Positions 1 through 14,301 are shown, counted from the whole stretch's first letter. The stretch: 63,371 bases of DNA, filler included, from Asterionella formosa (GCA_002256025.1; 24 parts of 24 records of this genome joined end to end with filler, not necessarily neighbours in it), one strand, 5' to 3'. A program made the numbers and translations. Notes: generated from the letters alone by a model not told the origin.

Positions 1-2
1 TT

Positions 3-2562
3 TTGACGGATACAAGATCAAAGCATGTGCTCATTATTCTAGTATGCAGGAGTGGTGAAGTCAAAGAAGACTCTCCGATGGAAACTTTATTGCACTTGGA
101 GAGCAATTGCAAACTGACGGGTGAAAAATGCTTAGTGTCGACGGGTATTGACCTTGGGAACTTGCAAATCGATACAGTGAACATGATTATTTCCAACCTG
201 ACAGGCTCAGATCTGGAAGTTACGTCGTCGCTTAGCAAAGTGGTCTTTCGAAAGACACTCGGAAACGTTTTCTTTGTTTTTCAATTTCTGGATATGCTGG
301 CATCTCGCAGGCTATTGGTATTCTCCCTAAAGAACCAAAATTGGGAGTGGGATATTGAAAAAATAGAATCCGAAACGACTGTTGCCGACAACGTCGGAGA
401 ACTGATTGTAAGTAAGATACAGCGACTCAATCAAAATGTCTTGGAAGCCCTCAAGGTTGCGTCTTGTTTGGGACGTTCATTTAATTGCACTGTGTTGCGA
501 AAAATTCTTGCCTCGGAGCTTGCCTTCCAAGAAGGCGTCGAATCCAACGAGGCCTCCTCATCAGAGGATTCTGGATGGATAATCTTCAAAGGGAGCGTGG
601 ATCGTATGCTTGAAATTGCAATTAGCGAAGGAATGATTGAGAATAGCGTCCACCGATACAAGTTCACGCACGATAAAGTAAGTGTTTCATTTGTGATTTT
701 TCGGCACATGTACCTACAAGACTCTAACACCTACTTCGAAGATTCAGTCTTGTTTTTATAATATGATCCCAGAGGGGAAGGAGCGTGGTCTGCTTCATTT
801 GAGAATAGGAGAAGTAGTGCTGAAGTGCTGCATGAATGATGAGGATCCTCTACTTTTTCTTGCTGTTGACCAAACAAATCGAGGACTTAATTTTGTGACC
901 GATGAAAGGCAGAAGGTCGACACGGCAAAATTGAATTTGACGGTAGCAAAATTAGCAAAAGCCAGGTCTGCGTACTTTCCAGCCTCGCAATATCTGAGAA
1001 AAGCACGTGGATTGCTAGAGAAAGAATGTAGGTGGCGCAAGTATTACAATCTAGCACTTGAACTCGCGAGCTTCGGGGCAGAGATGGAATATTGTTCAGG
1101 AGATTTCTTGATGTGCAATGAGTTATTTGATGAAGTACTGGCTTTTTCTGTTTCGCGTCGAGATTGCCTTCGTGTATACTACGCAAAAATTGAGTCTCTC
1201 AGAGCACGAGGTTGGCTATTGGATGCATTGGATCTCGGCTTTAAGTTTCTGTTGCAATTCAAAATTTCGTTTCCGAAGAAACCATCAACAATACATATCC
1301 TCACAAGTCTAGTGCGCGCATCATCACTAGTACCGAAGAACATTAGTGACATTGTGAAATTACCAGAAATGAAAGACGAAGATAAGCTGGCATGCATGAA
1401 AATTATGGGCATTTTGGCTTACAGCGCTTTCTTCTTGGAGAAAGGGAGAGAATTCATCTTAGTCTCTCTTGAGATGATGCGCTTCACGTTACGTTTCGGT
1501 TTGTCTGCGATGTCCACACAAGCTGTGGGCACCTTCGGAATGATAAAAACATTCGTTGGGAGATATGACGATGGGTTTGCCTTTGGTAGGCTGGCAATGC
1601 ACCTCTTGGAAACAACGAAATCACAGGAAGTAGGGGCCCGCACAATACTAGTTGTGTGCTGTTATACAAATCATTGGAAAATGCCTCTCGACACTCTTGT
1701 CGCCCCTTTGCATCGGGCTTACACCAATGGACTTGCCACAAGTGAGATCGGAACTGGTCTTCTTGCAGCTTACAATCGCATTTTGGTTCTTGGCAGTATT
1801 GGCACTCCACTAAATCAAATGGATGACGAAATACTAGCGATTGAAGAGCTATGCTTTGAATTTAAGCAGGATGGTATTAAAATAATGCTTGCCCCAACCC
1901 ACCAAGCAGTCTTGAATTTTCAGGGTCGCTCCACATTTCCAATGATTTTGACAGGAACGATCATGGATCAAGTTGCATTCACCGAAGATGCAAAGAATGC
2001 GAAGAACCAGGTTCTCTTGCACAGCATTACATTCGCTCAATTAAAGTTGGGCCTCCACTTTCAGGAATGGAGTACAGTTTCATGTTTACTTCCAGTGATT
2101 GAGGTACATCGAGCGCAGAGTAAGGGTGCCGCGAAGCACTTCACTGTGTACGACTTTATCTTGGTCTCTGGTATCGCCTACGCGGTAATGTGGCAGCAAA
2201 CTGGAAAGAAAAGTAACCTCAGGAAGTTTAAGCGGGCACTGAAGCAGTCACAGCTGTGGCTTGCGTCAGGGCTGAAGCAGTGTCAAGCAAATTGTTCGTT
2301 TTTGGTTGCAGAAGAGAAAGTGTTGCAGAAGGCTGGAGTAGATGCTATAATACAAGCATTCGACAAGGCAATTCTTGACATGGAGCAGGCAAAGCTTATT
2401 CATTTTCAAGCGTTTGCAAATGATAGAGCAGCAACAATCCTGTCAGAACTGAAAGAGCACACTGCTGCTCTTGAATATTATATTGAGGCCCGAGAATTGT
2501 ACTGGCGATATGGGGCTCATGCGAAGGTTGATCGACTGGACAGTAGAATTGAATCACTTCGC
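3..2562 (+). CDS. Partial COG3899-type AAA ATPase/TPR-like protein (the domain found in multi-sensor kinases and cyclases); one intron at 678-741
   Basis: Motifs KTLGNVFFVFQFL, WEWDIEKI, NVGELIVSKIQRL, LKVASCLG. Splicing GTAAGT(678)...AG(741) restores YKFTHDK/IQSCFYNMIP and joins the two ORFs in frame. C-terminal YWRYGAHAKV. Open at both contig ends. Confidence 0.8.
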
Positions 2563-2662
2563 NNNNNNNNNNNNNNNNNNNNNNNNNNNNNNNNNNNNNN
2601 NNNNNNTTAATTAATTAANNNNNNNNNNNNNNNNNNNNNNNNNNNNNNNNNNNNNNNNNNNN
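2563..2662. other. Artificial contig spacer N44-TTAATTAATTAA-N44 (first of 23)
   Basis: Identical 100-nt spacer with stops in all six frames. Others start at 5226, 7886, 10551, 13211, 15866, 18514, 21162, 23810, 26456, 29099, 31741, 34383, 37024, 39664, 42300, 44936, 47571, 50205, 52839, 55473, 58107 and 60740. Intervening contigs shrink from about 2562 to 2532 nt. Confidence 0.98.
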
Positions 2663-5225
2663 CAGTTTCGGTAGATGAGGACATTTTGGTGGTCGTGGAG
2701 GCGGTGCACACAGCAATCCTACGGAAAGCTATCATACTGACACTGCTAACCCTGTGCCTGTTCCACATGCTCGTATGTTAAATACATGGGGTCATAATAC
2801 TCGTCCATCCGGTTGGGGTACCGTGCCCCGTGCCGATCCTACCGAGAATACATCTGCCCAGGAAATTTCAGTGGTCACGAACCCTCCTGCTGGTCAGATA
2901 GTGACTTTTGTCCCTACTACACAACAGCAGATTGCTGATCGCCATTACAGAGGTATGTGCGATAATAGCGATGCTATTTATAATGACTCGTTGAGTATAT
3001 CTCACGTTAGTCATCACCTGAATAATATTGTTTATTTACAGGTTGAATACACTATGGATACCGCTGTTAATGTTATGCGGGATATATATAACTCTATTGA
3101 TGGACATGATGTTCCACATACATATCAGGGCCCAATTCCGGTTTCCTGTTTTACTTCTAAGGATATATTAACATCAATTGATTTGATTCCGATGTCCCTT
3201 CTAGCGCCAAGATTGGTGGATAATATACCGATACATAAAATACTACGAGTATTATTCGATAGTGGAAGATCGTTATCCTTAGTACATGAACGGGTTATGC
3301 CTCAAGGTATTTCTTTGTCTGACGAGACTACCCAACTAATACATACCATAGCTGGTACTTATTCATCTCATGCCAGTGTCATGCTATATGACCTGATTTT
3401 ACCAGAATTTAATCGATCCGCTCATATTTTACAACAAAAGTGTCAAGTCTTTAATGGTCTATGCACATTTGATGTTATTATAATAGGACGTGATTTCCTA
3501 CGTCAAGTTGGTTTAGCCATTGATTTCGTAAATAACACCATGTCCTGTATGGATATGATTGTTCCTATGCATCCTCTCACATTCTTTGATGATAGAGAAT
3601 GTTTACAAGATGTATTATTATATTTCGATGCACCTATGATTGTGGAATCTTAATATGCGCTGGAAATTAAAGCTTCTGAATATAATTACGTAAATATTGA
3701 TACAGTGGTGGATAAACAAATACATTTGACAACATTACAACGATCATGTTTACGATCTATATTGGTTAAATATCAAACATTATTTGATGGCAAATTAAAA
3801 GTCTATAGCCTCACAAACAGGTAAATTTGGAATTATTATCAAATGCTGTCCCTTGTCATCAACGAGCATATCCGGTCGCTCATATTCATTTAGAAGTTTT
3901 CAAAACGGAATTACAACGATTATGTGATATTGGAGTCCTACAAAAATGTGGTGCTTCTAAATGGGCATCTCCCACTTTTATTATTCCAAAAAAGGATGGA
4001 AGTGTCCGATGGGTATCAGATTTTCGTGAACTTAATAAAGTCATCAATCGCAATATATATCCTTTGCCTCGAATACAAACTATTCTCACTAAACTTGCTG
4101 GATATGTATTTTTCACCAAATTGGATGTTTCCATGCAATACTATACTTTTGCATTGGATGTGGAGAGTCAAAACTTGTGTGTTATTTCAACTCCATTTGG
4201 TTTATATAAATATTTACGCCTGCCTATGGGGGTGAAACAATCATCTGACATTGCACAAGAAACTATGGAACAGATCCTTAGTGATTTAGATGATGTGGAA
4301 ATTTATATTGATGATGTGGGTTGTTTTTCAATGAATTTTTCAGATCACCTTCATTTATTGGACACTATTTTACATCGTTTACAGATAAATGGTTTTACAA
4401 TTAATCCATCTAAGTGTGAATGGGCCGTCCAAGAGACAGATTGGTTAGGCTATTGGTTAACTCCTAATGGACTGAAACCTTGGTCTAAAAAAGTCCGAGC
4501 ATTGATTAATATGTCTTCACCTACCAATCTTAAACAAGTTCGATCATTTCTCGGTGCTGTTACTTACTATCGAGACATGTTTCCTAGACGATCGCATGTT
4601 CTTGGACCACTTACGGATTTAATTGGAACTAGTCCCTTTGTCTGGTTACCTATCCATCAACAAGCTTTTGAAGAAATGAAAGCATTGTTAGTTGCAGATA
4701 CACTCATGCGTTATCCTGACCATAATCTCCCTTTTCATATCTTTACTGATGCCTCTGATTATCAATTAGGGTCGGTCATTATGCAAAATGATCTCCCAGT
4801 TGCTTATTATTCTCGCAAATTATCTGCTGCTCAAAAGAATTATACTACTATTGAAAAAGAATTACTTTCTGTGGTAGAAACTTTCAAAGAATTTCGCTCT
4901 ATGTTATTGGGCGCAGTTCTACATGTTCACACTGATCATCGAAATCTTATTTATAATACATTACATACACAACGTGTTCTACGATGGCGACTTTACATTG
5001 AAGAATACCATCCTACTTTTCATTATGTGAAAGGGACTGACAATGCTATTGCAGATTCCATCTCTCGCCTCCCGAGGCTTGAGTCTTTGGTGGAGGATGA
5101 TATTGATATTGGACCGAAATCTCCAACATCAACTTCCACTTCTACTTTTTCAATTGAATTAGATGATGAACCTCTGCTTACATGTTTCCTTAATCATCCC
5201 ATCTTGACAGACAATATTCAATATC
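2663..5225 (+). mobile_element. Ty3/gypsy LTR retrotransposon pol fragment (protease-RT-RNase H), disrupted
   Basis: Protease LRVLFDSG; RT WASPTFIIPKKDGSVRWVSDFRELNK, LPMG and YIDD; RNase H FTDASDYQLG and YTTIEKELL. In-frame stop at 3651-3653 and a frameshift near 3810. Confidence 0.93.
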
Positions 5226-5596
5226 NNNNNNNNNNNNNNNNNNNNNNNNNNNNNNNNNNNNNNNNNNNNTTAATTAATTAANNNNNNNNNNNNNNNNNNN
5301 NNNNNNNNNNNNNNNNNNNNNNNNNTTGAGGGGTCAAGCAACCGCAAAAAGGGCTCAGTAACCTGTGAATGCAATATCAAAAGATTAAATGCAAAATCAT
5401 GACTACCTGATATATTATTCTACTGTAGGTAGGTAGGACAGACGGTAAAAAAAGTTCCTGCCAAATCCAATTCTAGCACAATAGTATTCAAAACGATCAT
5501 GCCACGAATGAAAGATAACCGTTTTCCGAGCCAGCCAGATTATATATTTTAGTATTGGATCTACAGGTTTGTGTATCCGAGATGTCCAAATCGTCA

Positions 5597-5624
5597 TTTC
5601 AGCAATTTTACCGCAACTTGCAGG
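5597..5624. mobile_element. Isolated right TIR of the CCTGCAAGTTGCGG MITE family
   Basis: TTTCAGCAATTTTACCGCAACTTGCAGG matches the right arms of the copies at 13854-13950 and 26744-26839. Confidence 0.6.
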
Positions 5625-6190
5625 CACCAGGGAAACTATGTCATACAGGTCGAGGGTTGTTCGAATGATTAGATACGGAGTACAAGTACCGGTAGGTCGG
5701 TTCCTGATAAAAGGTGCCGAAAACACGTCATCATGGAAAAGAGGAATCTATCTGAAAGGAATCTTAGCCTATCTCTCCCCCACCTTGATCGTTTTTCGAT
5801 ATTTCTTGTGATGTATTATACAATATATCCATTTATACAAATTCATATCTTACCTTGCCGGCGTTTTTTTCCTTTCAAGCAAATTCATATATTACCTTGC
5901 CGGCGTTCCATTCCACAATTTACAGCATAATACTGTATCAGGAAGTTGTCTCAAATTCATTAAAAGTAAATGCTCGACGCTGAACCGCTGCCGCATTGCT
6001 TTGTTCACCATGATCATGGTTCATCCTCTCATGTTCCCCAATGAAGACACAAGGGATTCTCGTAATGAGGACGCTCAGTAACAGCGCCGATGACCCTCAG
6101 TCCAGTCGGGTATGTTGATGTGTCAGATCGCTCGGGTGTGACATTTTTGATAGCAAAATAGACGTCAAGCATTGTGGCAGTGAGAACAAG

Positions 6191-6750
6191 ATGATTGGAG
6201 ATTTCATTGGTGATGAGCCTTCACATAACATCAGTAAACAGGTGCTTGAAGATACCAATAATGTCTACGGCAGCGATGTTGAGGTTGGTGGTGCTACTGT
6301 ACAACTGAAAGATCCCAATGGTACAGTTGTCATGCCAACCATGACTGCCTGCAATGCTAACTTCACGTTGAATGCTTCTCCACCAGGCATGTACCGGTAC
6401 ACAATTGTCAAACAGACACCTCCTGGATTCCTCAAATGTTGGCAGCAGCACAATTTCTGTAAATACAAGTGCTGCAAATGTTTTGAACATTCGTTTCGAT
6501 GACCAGCACCCCATCAGTGCTCCAGTGTGAGTGGCTGCCTCTACAGGTACTTTTTGCTTGGATCAATTTCCAGAAGTGTCAAGGAAGATACCGACAACAA
6601 TGATAGTGAAGACACTGACTTGGTGGGTGTGACTGTTACTCTATAGGGTCCAAGTGGTAATGGCCCTATTCAATTTGCTACTGTTACTGACTTTAATGGT
6701 AACTTTGTGTTCGTGAATTTGCCCAATGGCAATTATTTTGTTAAGACGAT
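6191..6750 (+). pseudogene. Degenerate SdrD-B-like (Cna-B type) repeat protein
   Basis: Two repeats: VLEDTNN..VEVGGATVQLKDPNGTVV..T..NANF..PPGMY and SVKEDTDNNDSEDTDLVGVTVTL*..TVTDFNGNFVFVNLPNGNY, with a stop and frameshifts. Confidence 0.7.
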
Positions 6751-9700
6751 CATCATCCCAGCATTGGCACCACTGCATCTTCCTTGTGACCCAACATGGA
6801 GCAGACCACTTCGGAAACATCTACTCCTTCCTTTTTTACTAACATGATAGCATCATGATGTCTGTCTTGAATGAATCCATCACCTTCATTTTAAGCTGTT
6901 TGTTATCCTCGGATTCCTCTGTATATCTCAATGCTGTCTGTAGTGAAGCTTAATATTTATTTCAAGCAAGTTTACCAGACTCTCCGTTGCATCTTATCCT
7001 GACATTCATATCATAGCAGAAAGATTAAAGCAACTTGTTTGATTTTACAATATCTGTTGCTACGTGTCAGGCTACATAGTACAGTACGAGGAGTCGAATT
7101 TGAGATTGCTTGAGACAAAACCGATTCATACATGCGTTTCCACTTATACCGGTATTCTAGACTCTACACTATGTACTGGTACCAGGTACTACGTAGGCTA
7201 TCTGTTGTTACATCAAATCTGATGAAATCTAAAGAATCTCCTGCATTTACTACCAGTACCCTCGTACCGTAGTAAAATCTGCTGGATCGATGTGACTTGA
7301 TGGATGTATGTGATGCTAACGGTAGTGCAGTACGATACCCAGTGCCAGGGTACCTGGTACCTGGTACCGGCACCAGGGGACCACAGTTTGAACCCCAGTT
7401 TACAAAGCGTTGGGCATGTGCATTGAGGTGGGTAGGCGCAGGTACGAAACTGCACTGTAACAGGACCACTGTATGAACCATTATATACAGAATTGTGCAT
7501 ACGTATTAGATGGGCAGGCGCAGGTCCGAACACTCGTCGTCGCATTGTTTGATCAAGATTCCGTTCCCTCATGTGCTTCCACCTGGAATCTTTTTTTCTA
7601 CGTGGAAAATATACTAGTGACGTAGATGATGATGTGTTTTCAGGACCTTTTATCAGGATCCGGTGCAATGTGGTGCAGCGACAATATGAAGTCAGCAAGG
7701 AGTTAGGGTTAGTATAGCTAGTATTTGGCTGAATGATATAAAGCAGGGTAGAGCACCTATCTAGTGATAAAGTATATGCAAATGTACTACTAGTATATGG
7801 TAATTATTTAATTAAATAGAAAGAATGTGACAAATGAACATTTAGACTTCTTGCAAGTTTCCTGATGCTTCACCACCTTTCAAAANNNNNNNNNNNNNNN
7901 NNNNNNNNNNNNNNNNNNNNNNNNNNNNNTTAATTAATTAANNNNNNNNNNNNNNNNNNNNNNNNNNNNNNNNNNNNNNNNNNNNTGCAAAAATGCAAGA
8001 AGCACAAGTTGAATGCCCATTTATGGATTCAAGTTTCAGTAGTGCAACAATGTAAAATATTAGAAACCGGAAGTCACATTTCATCTAATTACGGTTTTCA
8101 TTAGCTATACTATCTAGTATTGATTGGTGCAAGGAAGCAATGGTAGAATGGCTGCCAAATGGGCGGGGCAAACACAGAGAATCCTACTGATTTTTCTCCC
8201 CAATGATCCCAGACCCTTTTTGAATGTCACTTGCTACAGAAAATGTAGAACAGCCACCATGATCTGTTGATTGTTGCTTTATGGTGCCACTGACCAAGAC
8301 CTCCAGAAATCTCAATGAGTTGCTTGTTTCTTGACTTGAATGCAAAAGGGATCCTCGAAACCAGTGGAAAAATCAAAAGGGAACTAAAAATGCTCTGCAA
8401 ACATCATCAGGACAATTGTGAAAGAGAAATGAAGGTTCTTGGGAGGAGAAGTAGTAAAGGGATAATTGCTTCTGCTGGTCTTGCGGGAACAAGAATAGAT
8501 TGACCCAAAAAATGTTGACAAATAGGTACCTACTACGGGAAAAGGAAGCATTGCATTCAGCATCATCAATCTATACACAAGCCTGCGCCACCTGATGTCG
8601 TCAGTATAGCTACCTCGACTTCATCAATGAAGAAGCAAGTCAATGGGTGTAGCATGTGAGGAAAATCGGGGTTGAGGTTTTCTTGACGCCAACATGGACC
8701 TGCTTGGCTGAACTCCTTGCAGAATAAGGCATTGAGTAACCTGGGCCTGTGAAGCCAAAGGATAAAGAAAAATCTACGACAAGGGTGGTGAGATAGTGTT
8801 TAGGAGGGGGGAGCAAAAGATATCATAGCTGAACGCATTCGAAACTTGTATAGACAATAAATGGTGACATGCCATCATGGCTGCTCTTGGCTGACAGCTG
8901 CCAAGTCAAGTACAAACACAACGAGCGAGGGTGCACAAAGACAGTCCATGACTGGCTGATACTTAGTTGTGAGACTCACCATTCTCCAATGGGGTGGACT
9001 TTGATCATTGCTTCGTTCAAAGCACAATCAATTCGAATGCTGTCCAGTGAAACAGCCAATGAAAACAATTGTAGCGAAAAAGCGCAGAACAGATCAAGAG
9101 ATTTCATAGGAATTCAAATAACAACAGCAGGGCATATATGATGCACTGCTCCTTGTGTAGACTAGCTATATTTGATCATTTCTATATTTCATACTATACA
9201 GGTGCATGGATGACTCTTCCCGCCCTTTCATTAGATATGCAGCCATGTTGCGATAATTTTACAGGACCTATTGGATTGGTAGTCTGGTGGTCATCATTTC
9301 CGCATTGTATATACCAGTAGGAGTCACCATGTATGCATGCATGCTGCGATAATTCTTACAAGACATAAAAATTTGGTAGCTTGGGGGTTATCACTTCCGT
9401 AATGTATACAATGGGAGGAAGGGGTTGCATGCATGAGCAACTACTCCGTTATAAACTATGATCTTTAATCAATTAATTTAGATTCGTTTATCCTATAACT
9501 TTGATCATGAGAACATATTGATCATATGATGAACGGTGTCGTTGATGAGAAAATGAACAATCAAAATTTATTTTCAAGAATCAGGATTAATTGATCTTAA
9601 AAGTATGATCAAATGATCCTACTATACACATGAGCACATTCAGTTTTTCGCTGCACTATTGTGAAATTTCCATGATGGAAGTAATTACCAGCAATTATAC

Positions 9701-10650
9701 AGTACTACCGGTAGGCCATATGAATTTTGGTCAATATGTCTATATACATAAATGTATGATTTCGACCATTTGAAAAATTGGTGATGACTCCCGTTTATTA
9801 AGGGGCTTATTTAAATCAGCCACTGACTTGTAGGTACAAGAATTGACACAACAAAAATTGAAAAAAATCAACAGGTCGTGGAAAACTATGAACTCATCAT
9901 GCATTGTATGTATTTGAATTATGTATAATCAAAATTGATGAAAGTATTCACAGGATGTGCCATAGTATCATGCATGAGGGTGTTTCAAACTATGCAAATG
10001 TTCAACTATATATACATTTAAACTTCTTACAAATCTTTATATATATATAATATATATGTATTCATGGCTGAAACATTTGAAATCATGTTTTCATGTGGTT
10101 CCTTGTCATGCATACAATTTGCTCCTGAATTGAAGGATTAACACAGATGATGACGCGGAAATCGAAAGTGATAATAAAGCACAATGAGCGATACTTGCGG
10201 CTTAGAAGAGAAGGGCGGAATCAATTGATGGTAAGTCAAGAGCAAATGCCTTTCATGTTCCTTGTCATGCTGCATACACTTCCTGAAATGAAGGTTCTCA
10301 ATCAACGCAAAACTGAAGTGACAATACACCATGCGGCTAAGAAGGAGTGAATATGATGGGCGGAGAAGGGCGGAATCAACAAGCTGTGTATAGTATCACA
10401 GCATGTCAAGAGCATATGCCAGGATGATCAATTGTTGAGATTACAATTACGGAATGACTCGTCCCCTTGATTTCAGTGATTCAATAGCTCCTTTTCGATT
10501 TGGTGACTGGCCAACCATCAATGGCTGTGGACAAAAGAAATCGGTAAGTGNNNNNNNNNNNNNNNNNNNNNNNNNNNNNNNNNNNNNNNNNNNNTTAATT
10601 AATTAANNNNNNNNNNNNNNNNNNNNNNNNNNNNNNNNNNNNNNNNNNNN

Positions 10651-12538
10651 ATGGACGAAATGAGGTGGTCCGAGCCACCCCAATCAGAGGACGGGCAGCC
10701 TACTATTAAGAATCATTCCGTGACCCATTTCAATGGTCACCTCTACTGCTTCGGTGGGTACGATGGTAGAAGAAATCACCAGACTCTTCTACTATACAAT
10801 ATAGCCAATCAGCAGTGGCTGCAAACTACGGATAGCGATGTGAAACCACGTTCAGAAGTGAAGGTGGAAGGAACTCCTCCACCGGGACGCAACGGGCACA
10901 CAGCGACATTAGCGACGGACCCAAACGATGAAGAACACGGGAGAATCATAATTATCGGTGGGTGGCTCGGTCAAGGTCCATTGGCAGCCTCCGACATGCA
11001 CGTGCTGGACGTGAGTTCGTCAGGACTGCGTTGGTACCAGCCTGCCGTCAAGGGTTCCACGCCTGGACCCTGCAATATGCATTCAGCTGATTTTGTGCCG
11101 GCCCGTCGAGAAGTGTACGTCTTTCGAGGAGGAAATGGAAGGGAATATTTAAACGATTTACATGCATTGCATGTCGATGCCTATCAGTGGCGAAAGGTAG
11201 AAACCACCGGTCAGCTCCCGCAGCAACGTGCAAATCACTCTAGTGCATACCTCGAAGAAACAGCTGAGTTATTTATCTTTGGCGGGTGGTGCGTATTATG
11301 CTTGCAATGAAGTGCTAATGATACATTACTCTATATTTTATGGTCTCATCAAACTTCTCATTTTTCGCAGGAACGGACGAGAGAGATTGAATGATATTCA
11401 TATTTTGGATACTGCCACTTCAAATTGGACCTGCCCTCATGTCGCTGGTGTTTTACCCCATCCTCGTGCTGGTATGACCTTAACTGCCTTGCGGGGTCGG
11501 CTTTTCCTATTTGGCGGATCTGGAACATCGTCCAAATGTTTTCAAGATTTACAAATTTTGGATCGAAAGGAAATGGCATGGTTGGACGTGAATCAAAGTG
11601 AAGTAACGACAGGTGGAAATAGGGCAGTTGGGTCAAATTATCATGAGGACGATCCTGATAATTCTAGAATGATAGGGAGTGTTTCTGATGTTGAAAACAA
11701 GGGTGGTGGATTTGCTGGTTCTCGGGCTGACTGGAGATCCCGAGATAACATAACAGGCGTAGTTGCATCTCCTAATCCCAACGACGAAGATTCACAGACA
11801 GGTATCCAAATTCAAGGTCCGGGACCAGGGCGCCGTGCTGGTCATACTGCCACTGCCGTTCATCGCAGGCTATTTATCTTTGGAGGATCCTGTGGATCAG
11901 ACTATCTGAATGACTTTTTCGTGCTTGACACGGACCCACCACCACGCGCATGCGTCAATGAACCAGCATCGCTTCAATTGTTTGAAAGACGCCTGAAGCA
12001 TTTCTTTAATGATGAGGAATTTTCTGACGTTCGTTTCGTTGTGGAAGGCCAATATGTTTATGGGCACAAGCTTGTTTTAAGTATTGTGAGTGATTGTTTT
12101 CGCGCCATGTTTACTACTGGCTTTCGCGAATCGGAAGCAGGGGCCGAAATCGAAATTCCGAACACTTCCTGCCAGGCATTTTTGGCGATGATGGAGTACA
12201 TCTATTCAGGTCGCATCCCCAAGCTGGATATTGCGCTTGATGGTAATATCGAAGTGAACCAAGTGGTGGACTTGATGGAACTTGCAGACCAGTTCTTTTT
12301 GGATCATTTGAAGCAAAGGTGTGAAGCCCTTCTGCAATCAACCGTTACTGTTGAGACGGTGGAATACTTGCACCAAGTGGCGCAAAAGACCAACTCGGCA
12401 CAACTGCTAAATATATGTGAACACTTTGAACGGAATCACGATGGGCAAGCTGAACAACCGCAAGCGGGCGAAGGTGAGCCATCAGATGCTGCGCCCGTTG
12501 CTATTGAGTACAACGGCAATGACGACATGCAAGCATGA
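10651..12538 (+). CDS. Kelch-repeat plus C-terminal BTB/POZ protein (LZTR1-like architecture); intron at 11289-11370
   Basis: Several Kelch repeats (YCFGGYDG, PPGRNGHTAT, FLFGG, RAGHTAT). BTB motif FSDVRFVVEGQYVYGHKLVLS..FRAMF. Splicing gives FIFGGW/NGRERLND. The ATG sits at the contig edge, so the 5' end may be incomplete. Confidence 0.9.
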
Positions 12539-12715
12539 TGAGGACGCATTTTGTCCTCTGTTCAGCTTTCGGTGACGCACGGAAGATTTAGAGAGACTTG
12601 GGTGGGATCGCTATTTGTGTGTAGTAGTGAGGGTCTGTGTTCCATTTAAGATTATATTAATATTTAATTGTGTTACCAGGCCCAATATTTGTTCTCAGCA
12701 GTGATGATACAGTAT

Positions 12716-13210
12716 CTATTCGTAATCGCTAAACATATCAATTTCCTTCTTTGATTGCTTCGTATTGGACGCGGCAGTCTCGACAGCAACTGAGAATACA
12801 ACTTCTGGTGCTTCTTTTACAACCTGCCCCACTTCAGGAAGCCGTCCATTGTTCGACTTGACCTTAGAAATAAGTGCCTGTGTCTTTTTCCTTTCTTCTT
12901 CTGAGAGGCCCTTCCAAAATTCTTCATCGTCACTGGACTGTATGTACGAGTCAGCCACGACACTTGCATACAAATCCCCCTTCTCCAATATGAAACCAAC
13001 AATCAAGGCTGATATGAGACCGCCAAACATGACAACGATTCCCCCCGCGAAAACAGGGGCAAACTCGTTGTCGGACAATTTGGCAATGTCCATGTCGATG
13101 GTGGCAAGAGTGGTGGAAGCGGAGTAGATGCTATCGGGGAGGGGCAACATGTACTGTTTCGTTCGAGTTACTAACGTCCGAGGAGCGGATGTTGAGACAA
13201 AAGCAACACA
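12716..13210 (-). CDS. Small single-TM protein, probably plastid-targeted; 5' end truncated
   Basis: The frame is open to the contig edge and reads CVA-FVSTSAPRTLVTRTKQY, like a diatom bipartite (ASAF-type) presequence. One hydrophobic helix (FAPVFAGGIVVMFGGLISALIVGFIL) and an acidic C-terminus. Confidence 0.65.
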   Translation of the reverse strand, partial: CVAFVSTSAPRTLVTRTKQYMLPLPDSIYSASTTLATIDMDIAKLSDNEFAPVFAGGIVVMFGGLISALIVGFILEKGDLYASVVADSYIQSSDDEEFWKGLSEEERKKTQALISKVKSNNGRLPEVGQVVKEAPEVVFSVAVETAASNTKQSKKEIDMFSDYE

Positions 13211-13853
13211 NNNNNNNNNNNNNNNNNNNNNNNNNNNNNNNNNNNNNNNNNNNNTTAATTAATTAANNNNNNNNNNNNNNNNNNNNNNNNNNNNNNNNNN
13301 NNNNNNNNNNTTTTCGTCATGGTCAAGGATGGTGCGACAACATGATGAAGGATTCTCCAGGTGCTCACAGGCACTACCTTTCTTCTCTTGTGTTTTGTAT
13401 GTACAAAAGAATCGCAAAATCCTAGCTAAATAATTATTTACTTGCCTACGAGGACAAAAAGAATTATAGCACGTTACTTTGTCTATGACAAGAAAATTAT
13501 TGGGTGTTTGGTTCCACCTCGAGAAAAATGGACACAATGAAGTACGGTATACGGTACGCAGGGCGAATTTCTTTTCGTTGTTTGGTATACATTTATGTGG
13601 TATCGGAATATTTTAAGGACAACAGCAGGTACTCGGAGCAGTGAAAGATCAACGTCGCAAGAACCAGGTTGCAAGGGACCCTGGTACCTGATACCAGGTA
13701 AACAAAACTTACATACCAGGTATCCCTAGGGCCGACGAGAACCTCGTCACTTGTTTCTTGTTGGCAATTAGTTCATCTGCGAGCTCTTCAGTCGCTCTAG
13801 TTCCGACCTCGCATATGTTTTTGTGTTTTTTATTGCAACTCCTATGAGGGATA

Positions 13854-13950
13854 CTGCAAGTTGCGGCCATTTTGCTTAAACTAACATTTTAATCTGGGAT
13901 AAAGTCAGCTAAAACTTTAGTTTCAGCAAAATTACTGCAACTTGCTGCAG
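13854..13950. mobile_element. About 97-bp MITE, CCTGCAAGTTGCGG family
   Basis: Arms CTGCAAGTTGCGGCCATTTTGCTTAAACTA and TAGTTTCAGCAAAATTACTGCAACTTGC are inverted repeats. Confidence 0.65.
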
Positions 13951-14301
13951 CTGTGGTATTTACTACCTGGTATCTGCAAAATAAAATCATTTAGCCTACA
14001 ACACAGAAAGGCGGCAGCTGACAGGCGCACTCAAAATCGATTCCTTTGGCTGGATTCAAGCTTGTTGGAAGCAATGTTCTTATTGCCCCTGGATGTTCAA
14101 GGTTCCTGCACTTCAACCCTAGTTTAGAGGTAGGGTTGAAAAAATAACGTTGAGTCAGACTAATCAAAAACGTACTTTTCACATATAAATCAAATATGTA
14201 TAACGCTTAATGGAGCTTTCACCAGCATAAACCCTTTCCATACACTCAGATACAGTCATTGACAAAAGTAGGGGTATAGGTCAACACTATATATTGTCAG
14301 G

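Noticed and set aside
7986..10550. Short ORFs and degenerate ~97- and ~160-bp duplications
   Set aside because: No recognisable protein motifs; probably old repeat debris.
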